Source of the DNA: a virus
IMG/VR virus record: IMGVR_UViG_3300038427_000078
DNA length: 64,000 nt
Strand: one strand, 5' to 3'
Below, piece after piece: positions 45,757-56,173 of the stretch. Made by a program: the position numbers and the translations under genes. Position 1 is the first letter of the stretch; each line of letters starts with the position of its first letter. A model generated the notes under the pieces. The model had not been told where the DNA came from. It saw only the letters and a program-made list of their open reading frames with translations, and made no database searches.

Positions 45757-47154
45757 ATGAGCGTATTCGACCCACACAGCGTCAGCCAAGAGAAACTACA
45801 GCACTTCCGCAACGCCGCAGAGCAGGCGTGGGCGGACGACACGCGGCACCCTGACTTTCAGGGCCACCCGTGCTCTGCTGCGGGTCAGTGCTACGTCACA
45901 TCCAAGTGGCTACAGGGCAAGCTAGGCGGACACGTCGGGCAGAAGGGAGGCCACTACTTTTGGGCCTCACCGGACAAGCAGTACATCATCGACCTCACCG
46001 GGGACCAGTACGCTTACGAGCCTACTGACAAGCGGGCGCAGATCCCGCAGGACGGCGAGGACGAACCGTGGGAGCCACCACAGGATCACCAAGAACACCG
46101 GCCTGGGCCGGTCGTTTACACACGCGCAGATCACCCGCTCTACAAGGGCTTCCGGGTGAAAGAAGATCCGGAAAATCCGCGTGCGACACTCTTCGGTAAG
46201 AGGGCGGATCTGGCCCTTGAGCAGAAGCTCCCACCACGAACGGCTGACGCGGCAGGTGGTGGCGCAGGACTAGGAGGGGACGCCTACCCCGGAGACACGC
46301 CGCAGAAGGAGGAGGACTACAGCCAGAAGTATTTCCATGACGCACTCAATGATCTACTACTAACCCAGGAGGCTCCCGACGAACATGAGTACAGATGGTT
46401 CTTTGGAAACGGACAGCTACATGTATCACCTTTTCATAATCACGACGAACTCCGAGAGCATTCCGGTGTCGCTGCGGACGACGGTGGGCCTAGCGCCGCT
46501 GGTGTCGTCAACGTTGCGGGAGGGACAGCGATTTGGCGTGCTGAGAGTAACATCGCAATACGCGGACTCGCCAAGCGACTCGAAGAATACGGCAAGAGTG
46601 TGGGTTGGGGATGGGGAGGACTGGTGCGAGGAAACGGAGAATCCTTCGGTGATGACTTTGGCCCTAAGAAGTCTTACTGGTTTGGATGGAAAGCCGGGGT
46701 CCAGATTGGTGAGCATCCGTTCTTTCACGCGCTTGGCCGATTTACTACTAGAGGACGTGAGGTCTTCCTTCCGCGCACTAGCTCCCGAGTCCGAGAAGGA
46801 CTTGAGGAATGGGCAAGGGACTTTGGCTACCGTATAGCCGAGTTCCCTGGCGGCGGGAACATGATGGACAAGCTCAAGAACAAAGAGACTCTGGACATCT
46901 ACGACAAGGGCAACCCTGACAAGGGTGAAGTTCCATCACAGTACGAAGGCACTCCGCAGGGTGAGTTGACATGCCCGCACTGCGGAGAGCACCTACCCGA
47001 CTACATGCAGTGGGTCATGCACATGGACTCACACGACGACGAGCACGATCATGGTGAACTGGACGATGGTCACTTCCCGACAATCGAAGGGCTGGACGAG
47101 CCGCTACAGCTACGCCCGATGAACAGTGAACCTTCAAGTTCTCCGTTGGAGTAA
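45757..47154 (+). CDS. Multidomain protein; N-terminus may be papain/transglutaminase-like
   Basis: GQCYVTS...HYFW...IIDLTGDQY (possible C-H-D triad). Confidence 0.55.
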   Translation: MSVFDPHSVSQEKLQHFRNAAEQAWADDTRHPDFQGHPCSAAGQCYVTSKWLQGKLGGHVGQKGGHYFWASPDKQYIIDLTGDQYAYEPTDKRAQIPQDGEDEPWEPPQDHQEHRPGPVVYTRADHPLYKGFRVKEDPENPRATLFGKRADLALEQKLPPRTADAAGGGAGLGGDAYPGDTPQKEEDYSQKYFHDALNDLLLTQEAPDEHEYRWFFGNGQLHVSPFHNHDELREHSGVAADDGGPSAAGVVNVAGGTAIWRAESNIAIRGLAKRLEEYGKSVGWGWGGLVRGNGESFGDDFGPKKSYWFGWKAGVQIGEHPFFHALGRFTTRGREVFLPRTSSRVREGLEEWARDFGYRIAEFPGGGNMMDKLKNKETLDIYDKGNPDKGEVPSQYEGTPQGELTCPHCGEHLPDYMQWVMHMDSHDDEHDHGELDDGHFPTIEGLDEPLQLRPMNSEPSSSPLE

Positions 47155-47196
47155 GCAACCGGCTATATTATGACACGAAACTCATCGGTAATTACT

Positions 47197-47715
47197 ATGG
47201 ATAGCTTATGTGAGTGTGGTTGTGGGAAAATGGCTCCTATCGCAACCAAGACAAACGTTTCAAGGGGTCATGTCAAAGGACAACCTGTGCGATTCATTCG
47301 CGGACATTACAAAGGCGGTAGTCCAGGCCGTCGTGTGCCAATTTGGGATATTAGCGAAGATGGGCGTATGGCGACGGGGGAATGTAAGCGGCATGGCATT
47401 GGAAAGTTCGTTCTTCGAGGCGATGGGACAATGCGTTATCGTTGCCAATCTTGCGCTAGCATGCACGCTCGCAATTGGAATAAACGACGTAAGGAAACGC
47501 TTGTCAAGGAGCATGGGGGCAAGTGTGTTATTTGCGGATACGATAGATACCTGGGCGCTTTTCATTTCCACCATCGGGATCGTACGACAAAGGAGTTTCA
47601 TGTGAATCAACATGGACCTGGAATTGAGGCAGCGCGGGTAGAGGCAAAGAAGTGTATTCTGCTCTGTGGCAACTGTCATTCCGAGGTTGAGGGTGGGTTC
47701 AGTGAGCTTCCGTAA
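47197..47715 (+). CDS. HNH endonuclease
   Basis: CECGCG...CVICGY...FHHRD...KCILLCGNCH. Confidence 0.88.
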   Translation: MDSLCECGCGKMAPIATKTNVSRGHVKGQPVRFIRGHYKGGSPGRRVPIWDISEDGRMATGECKRHGIGKFVLRGDGTMRYRCQSCASMHARNWNKRRKETLVKEHGGKCVICGYDRYLGAFHFHHRDRTTKEFHVNQHGPGIEAARVEAKKCILLCGNCHSEVEGGFSELP

Positions 47716-47722
47716 GGACTCT

Positions 47723-49828
47723 ATGACCGTGCAGCCGCTCGCCAGTGTCAAGGAGGCTGCTCGCGCACCAGACTACGCCGAATACGGTGGCTGGTGGGGC
47801 TTCAACGACAAGCAGTTCCGGGTCTACGGCGGCTATCTCAACGGACAGCTTGTCGGCTTCGGCGTGGTCAAGCTCGACAGCGACGTGCCGAGAGTCATCG
47901 TGGTTCACTCAGCGGTTCGTGAGGACGCCATGAACGAGGCCATGCTCCGTCGCATCGCGCTCCACTTCCCGAGCCTCAAAGCCGGTGCTGACAGCCCGGA
48001 GGAGGAACGCCTCCTATCCCGAGTGGGACTGCTTGAGGCACAGCCGGGACTATGGCTCAAGATCGCTGGTCAGGAAGGCAAGGACATCTTGCAAGCGCCG
48101 ATCCCGTTCGTCTACGATGTCGAAAAAGACGAAATCGAAGTCGGGCACCCCGGCCAGAAAACAGCGGACGTGCAAGGCGAGTTCACGCCGGGTGGTATAG
48201 TGGAGGGCTACTATGAACCTGGCGGCAAGATGGTCATCACGACCAAAACATCGATCCCCTACACGAACTACCACATGGTACAATTGTGGTATTGGAGTCA
48301 TCCAACGTTGGAGGTAACAGGAGTGGACTATGAAAACACAGGACAGAAGAAGGTCAAGCTCGCATCGGAGGATGTCGGGCAGTACATCCGCACACTCGCG
48401 TCTGCTGACCCTGCGGCGTGGAAGGCGTATCAAGCTCTTGGTGCTGCTGGCGGTCACGTATATGTGGTGGGCGGTGCGGTCCGCGATGCCCTCCTACAAC
48501 GTCAACCCAAGGACATTGACTTGCTGGTTGGTGGTCTACCTAGCGAGGAGGTTCACCGAATCCTTACGTCACTCCCTGGACAGGTTGACATGCGCGGTTC
48601 GAGGTTCGGCATCTACGTCTACCACACGCACGGCAAAGAGGTAGAGATTGCGCTTCCACGCAAAGACGACTACGAGGGTGGCAAACGCGCTGATGTGAAA
48701 ATCAGCGCCGACCCGAACCTACCTATCGAGAAGGATCTGGAACGCCGTGACTTCACCGCGAACAGCATGGCCGTGGACCTCAACAGCGGTCAACTCATTG
48801 ACCCATTCGACGGCTCAGGCGACATCAGCCGTGGCGTGCTTCGCACCACTCACCCGAAGTCATTCAAGGAGGATCCGACGAGGCTTATGCGTGCGCTCAC
48901 CGCTACCTCGCGCTTCGGCCTAGAGCCGGATGAGAAGACGAGGGCCGAGATGGGTGAATCCGCGCACATGCTCGACCATGAGTCACCGGACGCCCTACGG
49001 GTCCAGCTAGAGAAACTGATGGTGAGCGCAAACCCGGCACGGGCGGTACGACTCGCGCAGGAAACTGGCGTGCTTCACCACCTATTCCCGGAGCTTGCGG
49101 AGAACTACGACTTCGACCAGCACAATCCACACCACAACTACTCCCTTGGCGACCACTCACTACAGGTGCTCGACAACATGGCGCGAATCACACCTAACCC
49201 TGACATGCGCCTCGCTGCGTTGCTTCACGACATCGGCAAGCCGGGGTCGCAGTGGTTCGACGGTCACGGTGTGGCTCACTACTACCCACGTCCGCAGCAC
49301 CTAGACGCAGAACTCGCTCCTGGGGGTAAGTGGCAGCGTGCCGAGAATTGGGGCGCGGACCACGCAGCCTTGGGCGCGAACATGGCCGAGGCCCGCCTGC
49401 GTCAGACCTTCAACTACCCGGTGGAGAACATGCGCCGCATTCACTCACTCATCAACGCCCACATGTTCGGCAACTTCGAGAAACCGAAGGGGGCACGCAA
49501 GTTCCTACAGCAGAACGGCCAGCACGCCGACGACCTACTCACACTGCGTGAATGCGATGGGGAGGGCAAGGGCACCGAGAGCACAGACAATGTGGAACAG
49601 ATGCGCCAACTCATCGAAAACGAGCGACAGCAGGGTGCTCCCACCACTCAGTCCGCGCTAGCTGTCAACGGTAACGACATTATGGGCCTTGGCATAAAGG
49701 CAGGCCCGCAGATCGGCACCATTCTGCGCCAGCTAACAGATGACGTGGTAGACGATCCGAAACTCAATGACCGCGAAGCTCTCCTACAGCGCGCTCAGGA
49801 ATACGCCGATGCTCAGCCAGGTAGCTAA
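47723..49828 (+). CDS. cca: Class II tRNA nucleotidyltransferase (CCA-adding) with HD domain and extra N-terminal domains
   Basis: VGGAVRD...KDIDL, DLERRDFTANSMA, EDPTRLMRA, LLHDIGK, VNGNDIM...GPQIG. Confidence 0.88.
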   Translation: MTVQPLASVKEAARAPDYAEYGGWWGFNDKQFRVYGGYLNGQLVGFGVVKLDSDVPRVIVVHSAVREDAMNEAMLRRIALHFPSLKAGADSPEEERLLSRVGLLEAQPGLWLKIAGQEGKDILQAPIPFVYDVEKDEIEVGHPGQKTADVQGEFTPGGIVEGYYEPGGKMVITTKTSIPYTNYHMVQLWYWSHPTLEVTGVDYENTGQKKVKLASEDVGQYIRTLASADPAAWKAYQALGAAGGHVYVVGGAVRDALLQRQPKDIDLLVGGLPSEEVHRILTSLPGQVDMRGSRFGIYVYHTHGKEVEIALPRKDDYEGGKRADVKISADPNLPIEKDLERRDFTANSMAVDLNSGQLIDPFDGSGDISRGVLRTTHPKSFKEDPTRLMRALTATSRFGLEPDEKTRAEMGESAHMLDHESPDALRVQLEKLMVSANPARAVRLAQETGVLHHLFPELAENYDFDQHNPHHNYSLGDHSLQVLDNMARITPNPDMRLAALLHDIGKPGSQWFDGHGVAHYYPRPQHLDAELAPGGKWQRAENWGADHAALGANMAEARLRQTFNYPVENMRRIHSLINAHMFGNFEKPKGARKFLQQNGQHADDLLTLRECDGEGKGTESTDNVEQMRQLIENERQQGAPTTQSALAVNGNDIMGLGIKAGPQIGTILRQLTDDVVDDPKLNDREALLQRAQEYADAQPGS

Positions 49829-51893
49829 CGTCCTAGACCCGATCCACGACACGCTTGATCCCCGCGTGTGGGAGAAAGCTGGTTCAGGGCACCCGGTGCT
49901 CAAGCCGAAGCACGCCCACTGGATCAAGAAGTCGATCTACTCGACGCTGGATCAGGCAGGTTACACCAACCCGGAGCAGTGGCTCACACTCTGTTTCACT
50001 GGCTCGCTCACCACTTACCAGTACAGCGACGACAGTGACGCGGATGTCAGCCTGTTCGTAGACAGTGAGAAGTTCCCCGAGTGGAGCAGGGCTGAGATGA
50101 TCGGCCTCATGGTGTCACAGCTTGACGAGCACTACATGCCGGGTACCCCGTACCCTCTACAGGCGTTCGTGATCCCCGAGGGTGTCAAGCCGCATGACAT
50201 CTACCGACCAGGGCTGCGCAGCGCATACGACATTGACAACAACAAATGGATCGTGGCTCCCGAGAAGCAGCGTATCCACGACATCGAGTCAGAAGAGAAT
50301 GGCTTCTACTCCTGGGCGTTGCAGATGGCTGACAAGATGGAGCGACTGCTGCGCTATGAGCCGAAAAAGGCGGTGGACTTCTGGCACGCCATTCACCGTC
50401 GTCGCAGGCGTGACATGCAGGCGGGGAAGGGTGACACCGCCGAGAGCAACATCGTCTACAAGTTCCTCGCACAGCGTGGCCTCCTGCCACAGATCGCACA
50501 GGAGAGCGGTGAGTACATCGCCTCTACCAAGACCTCTGCTCATCGCCTGGAATACGACCGGGCTATTCACCCGGAAGGCAAGGGTCTGCTATTCACAGAC
50601 GGCTCAATGTGGACGTGGCCGACCAAGGACTTGAAGCCTCCGCACATGCGCTACAACATGGAGGCAAAATCGCAGGGACTACAGACAGTACCAGGCAGCG
50701 CCTTCGCGATCAAAGAGGGCAAAGTGTGGCAGTTCGGCGCAGGGCGCAGCCTCAACCCACAGCAGCAAGCTCAGATTCAGAGCATCGACCCTCGCCTCGA
50801 AATGGCACCTTCGCGTCGGCAGGAAGAACTCAACACCGCAGAGCCAGGGTTCGGCCACGGGCAGAACGTGCTCGACATTCTCGAACGCCAGGATAAGCAG
50901 GCGGGCTACGGCGGGCATGCACGCGATCTAAGGCCAAGGGATGAACTTGAAATCCTGCTCCGCGAATACCGCGAAATGGCACAGATGAGTAACAAGCACG
51001 CCCTGCCTCTGAAAATGGCGATCAAATCCCTGGAAGAAGAGCTAGGCGAGCACGACCGCGTGCTCAGCACATGGCAGGTTGTGGCGATGCCGTACGACGA
51101 GCAGTTCATCAACGAACTCAAACCCGAACACACCATGGAGAAGGGTGACGATAGTGGTGAGTTCTTGGTGCCGACACTTCACGCCATACACCCCACTCAG
51201 GGCGAGGTAGGCCACCTACAGTACACTACGGGTGATGAAGAAAACCCGTTCCCTCCGGGTGTGCTGATGCTACGCACGCATGAGCCATACAAGCGCAAAG
51301 GGATCGCTACCTGGATGATGGACAAGCTACAGGAGCACTACCCTGACCAGCCTATCGACATGGGTGGGTATTCAGACTCCGGGCGAGAATGGGCGCGGGC
51401 CTACCAGGGTGACGAAGGTTACAATCCTGCCACGTTTGTAAAGGATCTCAAGCCACTTACTGAATACGAGTTCTATCACATGGGGTCTACCTCACTGCAC
51501 GAACTGGTGGAGCGCATCTTTACCGGCGTCATGGAAGGTGGTATTACCCTCAACCTCGCAGGCGAAGAGCCGACAGCCCGTTACGGGTTTGCGCCCGACA
51601 AGAGTAGCGAGGAACGCATCTCGTTGCAGACGGTGACACCGCACGACATCGAAGCGTACATCCAGCACCACCTGCGCGAGCTATCTCAGCCTGGGAAATA
51701 CGTGGGCGCTTGGATAGCAGAGGGCGATGTGTGGCTGGATGTGACGGAAAGCCATGAAGATTTGAATGAGGCATACAAGCGTGCTTGGAATGGAAATCAG
51801 CGCGCTCTCTACGATAGTGTAGCCGAAGAAGATATTCCAGTGAGGGATTCGGGCATTCCTCCGATAGAACCGGAATCCAATGAACCACGGTGA
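49809..51893 (+). CDS. Multidomain protein: pol-beta-type nucleotidyltransferase plus GNAT
   Basis: TGSLTTYQYSDDSDADV; EPYKRKGIATWMM...SDSGREW. Confidence 0.75.
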   Translation: MLSQVANVLDPIHDTLDPRVWEKAGSGHPVLKPKHAHWIKKSIYSTLDQAGYTNPEQWLTLCFTGSLTTYQYSDDSDADVSLFVDSEKFPEWSRAEMIGLMVSQLDEHYMPGTPYPLQAFVIPEGVKPHDIYRPGLRSAYDIDNNKWIVAPEKQRIHDIESEENGFYSWALQMADKMERLLRYEPKKAVDFWHAIHRRRRRDMQAGKGDTAESNIVYKFLAQRGLLPQIAQESGEYIASTKTSAHRLEYDRAIHPEGKGLLFTDGSMWTWPTKDLKPPHMRYNMEAKSQGLQTVPGSAFAIKEGKVWQFGAGRSLNPQQQAQIQSIDPRLEMAPSRRQEELNTAEPGFGHGQNVLDILERQDKQAGYGGHARDLRPRDELEILLREYREMAQMSNKHALPLKMAIKSLEEELGEHDRVLSTWQVVAMPYDEQFINELKPEHTMEKGDDSGEFLVPTLHAIHPTQGEVGHLQYTTGDEENPFPPGVLMLRTHEPYKRKGIATWMMDKLQEHYPDQPIDMGGYSDSGREWARAYQGDEGYNPATFVKDLKPLTEYEFYHMGSTSLHELVERIFTGVMEGGITLNLAGEEPTARYGFAPDKSSEERISLQTVTPHDIEAYIQHHLRELSQPGKYVGAWIAEGDVWLDVTESHEDLNEAYKRAWNGNQRALYDSVAEEDIPVRDSGIPPIEPESNEPR

Positions 51894-52425
51894 ATACAGA
51901 ACCTACGTAAGTGGATGTCGTTGCGACGAGTGTCGAGAGGCAAATCGTGTGTATAAGTGTGATTGGCAACGTAAAAATCGTACCAAGGCGAGGGCGTCCT
52001 CTAAGCGTTGGGAAACCAACCATCGCAAAAGAAGGAACGAAGTCAAAAAACGCTATTGTGACAAAAACCGTGAACGCATCCGTGAGCAGAATCTAAAGGC
52101 TAAACGAAAATGGGCAACTAACAACCCGGAGAAGGCTCGCGCTGACAATCATAGAAGCAGCAATACTCGTCGTGCTCGCGAACACAATGCGTTTATTGAG
52201 CAGGTAGAACGGGATACGGTCTACGAGATGCACGGCGGCATGTGCGGAATCTGCGAGCAGTTCATCGACAAGAACGCACCCGAAGCGCTAGAACGCATAG
52301 CGAAAGGCGAAGCGTGGTTTCACGTAGACCATGTGATACCCTTGAGCAAGGAAGGTTTGCACTGCTACGCCAATGTGCAGCCTGCTCATCCTTCATGTAA
52401 TAGACGGAAGAGCAACAAATGCTAG
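51880..52425 (+). CDS. HNH endonuclease
   Basis: CGIC...HVDHVIPLSKEGLH...NVQPAHPSCN. Confidence 0.9.
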   Translation: MNHGEYRTYVSGCRCDECREANRVYKCDWQRKNRTKARASSKRWETNHRKRRNEVKKRYCDKNRERIREQNLKAKRKWATNNPEKARADNHRSSNTRRAREHNAFIEQVERDTVYEMHGGMCGICEQFIDKNAPEALERIAKGEAWFHVDHVIPLSKEGLHCYANVQPAHPSCNRRKSNKC

Positions 52426-53633
52426 ATTGGAAGATCACTATGACCCAGGATGATGAGGTCTGGTTCGAGGACTACGTTCGCTCGTACATCGGGTCGGACT
52501 TGCCTCACCTGCCTCCGCACACCACCAAGGTAGGTGCGACCACGGCTACCTGGGTCGAACCTCAGCCGGGGTTCTACACGCTTCAACTGGTGGGTGGCTC
52601 CCACGACGATCAGTGGTTTGCTGAACAGTACGTGAGCGGCATGCTTGAGGAGCACGGCCTAGAGCGCCAGATGTTCACTTTCACCCATGAACACAAGACC
52701 GCCGACTACTCAGACGTTGAGTCCAAGGCGGTTCGGTTGATCCAGTCGGGCAAAGTTCACGTTCAGGCCAATCACGCCGACGAGATTCAGGGCATCGTGG
52801 AAGGCGACCACGGCACTTACGAGGTCAACATCAAGAAGGACGCCAACCCGGAATCGGAATCCATCTCGCGGTGGAACTGCGAATGCGATTGGGGTCAGTT
52901 CGCGTGGGGACGCACCCGTCAGTGGAAGCGCTTCGAGGGTCGCCCGTGCGCGCACGTACTCGCGCTCTATTGGGCGGCTCGATCAGTGCCGCAGGAGATG
53001 GAACAGATACCGGAAGGGTGGACCGAACAGCCAGCTACCGCCGAAGGCACGCCAGAAGGCCCAGCGGCCCAGCGCATCCAGCAGGGTGAATACCCCGGCG
53101 CAGGAGGGATGGTCCCGCCAGGGGCGTCACCGATGCTCATGCAGCCTCCACAGGTACCGCAGGCCGTGGGCCAGGGTATGCCTCCGGGCCAAGCTCCCGA
53201 ACCGAGTCCCGCACTGCCACCGTACCCGGCCAATCCTGAGAACATGCCCGCCATGAACCCGGTATCAGTGCCCGGTCAGAAGCCGCAGTCGCCCCTCAAC
53301 CCGATCCAGAACGCCGGGGGTACCTTCTCGCACGTAGCGGCGGAGAAGTCCCCGTTCAATGAAGGCGACATGGTGCAACTCAAGCAGGACGACATCGGCC
53401 AATGGGTCGGCCTCAACGGAGGCGATCCCAAGGCGGTACCAGCCAACAGCATCGGCCAGGTCGAAGGCACCCACCCGAGCACGGGGTTGGTCGAAGTCTA
53501 CTACCCCGGTCCTGCCGCCAACAATGGGCCGAACGAACCGCACGGGGTCAAGGCGTGGCACTGGCCCGCCGACCTCATCGCTCGCCCGGACATCCCACCT
53601 TACGGATCAGCCACCACGACACGAAGGACTTGA
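52419..53633 (+). CDS. SWIM zinc-finger multidomain protein
   Basis: WNCECDW...PCAHVLA. Confidence 0.7.
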   Translation: MLDWKITMTQDDEVWFEDYVRSYIGSDLPHLPPHTTKVGATTATWVEPQPGFYTLQLVGGSHDDQWFAEQYVSGMLEEHGLERQMFTFTHEHKTADYSDVESKAVRLIQSGKVHVQANHADEIQGIVEGDHGTYEVNIKKDANPESESISRWNCECDWGQFAWGRTRQWKRFEGRPCAHVLALYWAARSVPQEMEQIPEGWTEQPATAEGTPEGPAAQRIQQGEYPGAGGMVPPGASPMLMQPPQVPQAVGQGMPPGQAPEPSPALPPYPANPENMPAMNPVSVPGQKPQSPLNPIQNAGGTFSHVAAEKSPFNEGDMVQLKQDDIGQWVGLNGGDPKAVPANSIGQVEGTHPSTGLVEVYYPGPAANNGPNEPHGVKAWHWPADLIARPDIPPYGSATTTRRT

Positions 53634-53664
53634 CAACCTGCACAGAGCTTGATACTCTGTGCGG

Positions 53665-54054
53665 ATGCTTGTGAAGCTCATCGCCACAGTCGCGTTCGCG
53701 CCGTTCTTCCACCACGCGCCCAAACCGCGTCGTCATCACCACCGGAGTCAGCCCTCTTTCGAGGTAGCCGGGGCGACATCGACGTTCGGCTACCCCGCCG
53801 AAGGCCCAGGACAGACCGCAGATGGAGGGACCACCGAGCGGCCCTGCATCGCCATCCGCGACGACCGTACTCTAGGCCACTGGTTCAAGGTCACGGTCGA
53901 TGGGCGCACTGCCCGCCTGCTTCACTGCGATTGGGGACCGGCTAGCTGGACAGGACGGGCCATTGACATCACGGGCGAAGGCGTACGCGCGTTGGGGTTC
54001 AGCCAAGCGGGATACCCGACCGGCGCAGTAGGAGTTGCGAGGGAGTTGGGATAA
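53665..54054 (+). CDS. RlpA-like double-psi beta-barrel protein, probably secreted
   Basis: TADG...DWGP...RAIDIT. Confidence 0.65.
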   Translation: MLVKLIATVAFAPFFHHAPKPRRHHHRSQPSFEVAGATSTFGYPAEGPGQTADGGTTERPCIAIRDDRTLGHWFKVTVDGRTARLLHCDWGPASWTGRAIDITGEGVRALGFSQAGYPTGAVGVARELG

Positions 54055-54629
54055 TGCGTTCTGGCTTTCGAGGCGTTACGTGGAGTAAGACTCACGGCAA
54101 GTGGCTCGCGAGCGTCAAAGTCGATGGCAAGCACGTCTACTTGGGTGTGTACGAGGACGCAGCCGACGCCGGGATAGCCGCCAGTGACTTCCGTCTACAG
54201 ATGGCGATCCCGCGCAAGGTCATTCAGCGTCGGGCGAACGCGGATCGTTCACGCGGAGTCAAACGGCACAAGGAAAAGCTCGACCCCGTGGTAGCGCGAG
54301 CTATCGCTCTCAAGGGCCACGCCGTGCGCAAACAGTCGGGATGCCTTCACCCCGACAACAAGAGCGGCATCACGGGTATCAGTTGGAACAGCAAGCGTAA
54401 CCGATGGTTCGTCCAGGTGCGCGACAAGGATGGTGTCAAGAAACGGCTTGGCTCGTACAAGGACTTGGACGAGGCGAAGCGCATGGCAGAAGCGTTCTAC
54501 GAGACAGGCGAAGATCCTCGCTTGACATCTGCGGGCATGAGACAGGGTTGGCTCCCAAGGACTCCTGCGAACACGTCTGCGGCGATTGCGAGGGCACGCG
54601 CAACGAGCTTGACGGCCACCCATGCCTGA
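54054..54629 (+). CDS. Two-AP2-domain DNA-binding protein
   Basis: SGFRGVTW...KW...YLG; NKSGITGISW...RW...LG. Confidence 0.8.
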   Translation: MRSGFRGVTWSKTHGKWLASVKVDGKHVYLGVYEDAADAGIAASDFRLQMAIPRKVIQRRANADRSRGVKRHKEKLDPVVARAIALKGHAVRKQSGCLHPDNKSGITGISWNSKRNRWFVQVRDKDGVKKRLGSYKDLDEAKRMAEAFYETGEDPRLTSAGMRQGWLPRTPANTSAAIARARATSLTATHA

Positions 54630-54936
54630 CGTGTGGAGGCACCGGCCTCCGCTCGCGGTTCTTCAACGAGTTGGTGGCGGAGTCTAGCTGATGGAGGATC
54701 GACGCTATGAGTTCTCGCCCACAGGTGGTCGGGCCGATGCTATCGCCAAGGTCATCGCGACCATCGAGGCGGCGAGCCATCTGAACCTCCCATTCACGGT
54801 CACGACCGAGAAGGGCGAACACTTCCGCAACGGCGGCAACGTCAACAAGGCCACGATCCTCAGCTATCACGTCGTGGTCGGCAACAAGATGTCGCCTGAG
54901 CTTGACAAGCACGGGAACCCCTGCTAAGGTACAGCT

Positions 54937-55419
54937 ATGACCGCTATCCAAGACATCAAAACCACCCTTGAGAACCGTCTAGAGCTTCTAGACTATGCCT
55001 GCGAACAGGAGAGGCCCGGTACCGCTGCGTTCGATGAACTGTGCGGTCGCCACGAAGAGAGCAAGACCATGTTGGAGCTAGTCAACTACTTCGCCACGAC
55101 TCGCGAGGACGTTGAAGATGAGGCTCCCGCCTACTGCGACTGCGACGAGTGCGCCTGCGAGTACGACGAGGACGACTTGGACATCAGTCTCACCATCGAC
55201 GGCTCCGAGGTAGTCTCCCTGGACGAGTTCCAAGAGATTCGTGCCTACAACTACGAGCTTGCCATTCGCACTCTTGTCCAGCAGGAGGCGAAGCTGTCAA
55301 CCTATTGGGCGCTCAAAGAGCTAGGTCTACCGATCCCGTACGACCTACGCAACGAGTGCTGGCCGCTCGACCCGGACAATCCTGACAACCAGCCTCGCGG
55401 CACGTCCTGGCAGCCCTAG
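54937..55419 (+). CDS. Protein with a copy of a portal C-terminal segment
   Basis: YNYELAIRTLVQQEAKLSTYWALKELGLPIPYDL vs portal YNRELKEQTIAQQRAKLDTYIALATQGLPIPLDL. Confidence 0.75.
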   Translation: MTAIQDIKTTLENRLELLDYACEQERPGTAAFDELCGRHEESKTMLELVNYFATTREDVEDEAPAYCDCDECACEYDEDDLDISLTIDGSEVVSLDEFQEIRAYNYELAIRTLVQQEAKLSTYWALKELGLPIPYDLRNECWPLDPDNPDNQPRGTSWQP

Positions 55420-55822
55420 AGTGTATCTAGTAGAAGTCGCCCCTCAACGGTGGACCGTCCGCGAGCAGAAGCCCAAAGCGGGCAAACACTCTGCGCACAC
55501 CAAGATCCTTGGGACCATCGAGTTCCATGAGTTCTGGACGTACAAGAACGGTGTGAGGGTGCAATCTGGCTTCTGGATCGCACGGCCACCTGACCACGGC
55601 TGGAAGGAAACCGGCTGGAAGAAGGTCGAGAGCAAGGACGCTGCTCTCAAGTTCCTCAAGGACCGAGCGAAGAAGTGAAGCGGGTTGCCATTACTGGCAC
55701 CCGTGTCCACAAGGACGCCAAGACGCTTGAAGATGACATCCGAGACTGTAGGTACGCTTGTCATAGTGACCTAGCTTTATACGCCACTTGAGCTTTGTAC
55801 GTCGAGCGCACAATAATAGACG

Positions 55823-56173
55823 ATGAGTGAGTCAAACGTAGCGGATGTTGCAACACAACTTGAGCTTGAGCGGGTCGAACGAGCACGGGTATTAGCTGCC
55901 GGAGAGCGCGATAGAGAAATCGTGGCGGCTGAAAAGCGGGCGAGATATGAAGCCCTTGTTGAGGCACGTCTCGATGGATATGACGAGCATTTCAAGATCA
56001 TCAATGGCTCCATCGGTCGTACGGCTGATGCGCTAGAAGCGCTCAAGATCAGCCTCAATGCCGCGACAGCAGAGAAAAAAGCCATTGTTGGACTACAGAC
56101 ACGACAGATCGCAGCGCTTGCGACCATAGCCACACTCTTGTATGTGGTCCTCAGCTTGATAGGACACGCATGA
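55823..56173 (+). CDS. Coiled-coil protein with C-terminal TM
   Basis: Hydrophobic C-terminus. Confidence 0.6.
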   Translation: MSESNVADVATQLELERVERARVLAAGERDREIVAAEKRARYEALVEARLDGYDEHFKIINGSIGRTADALEALKISLNAATAEKKAIVGLQTRQIAALATIATLLYVVLSLIGHA

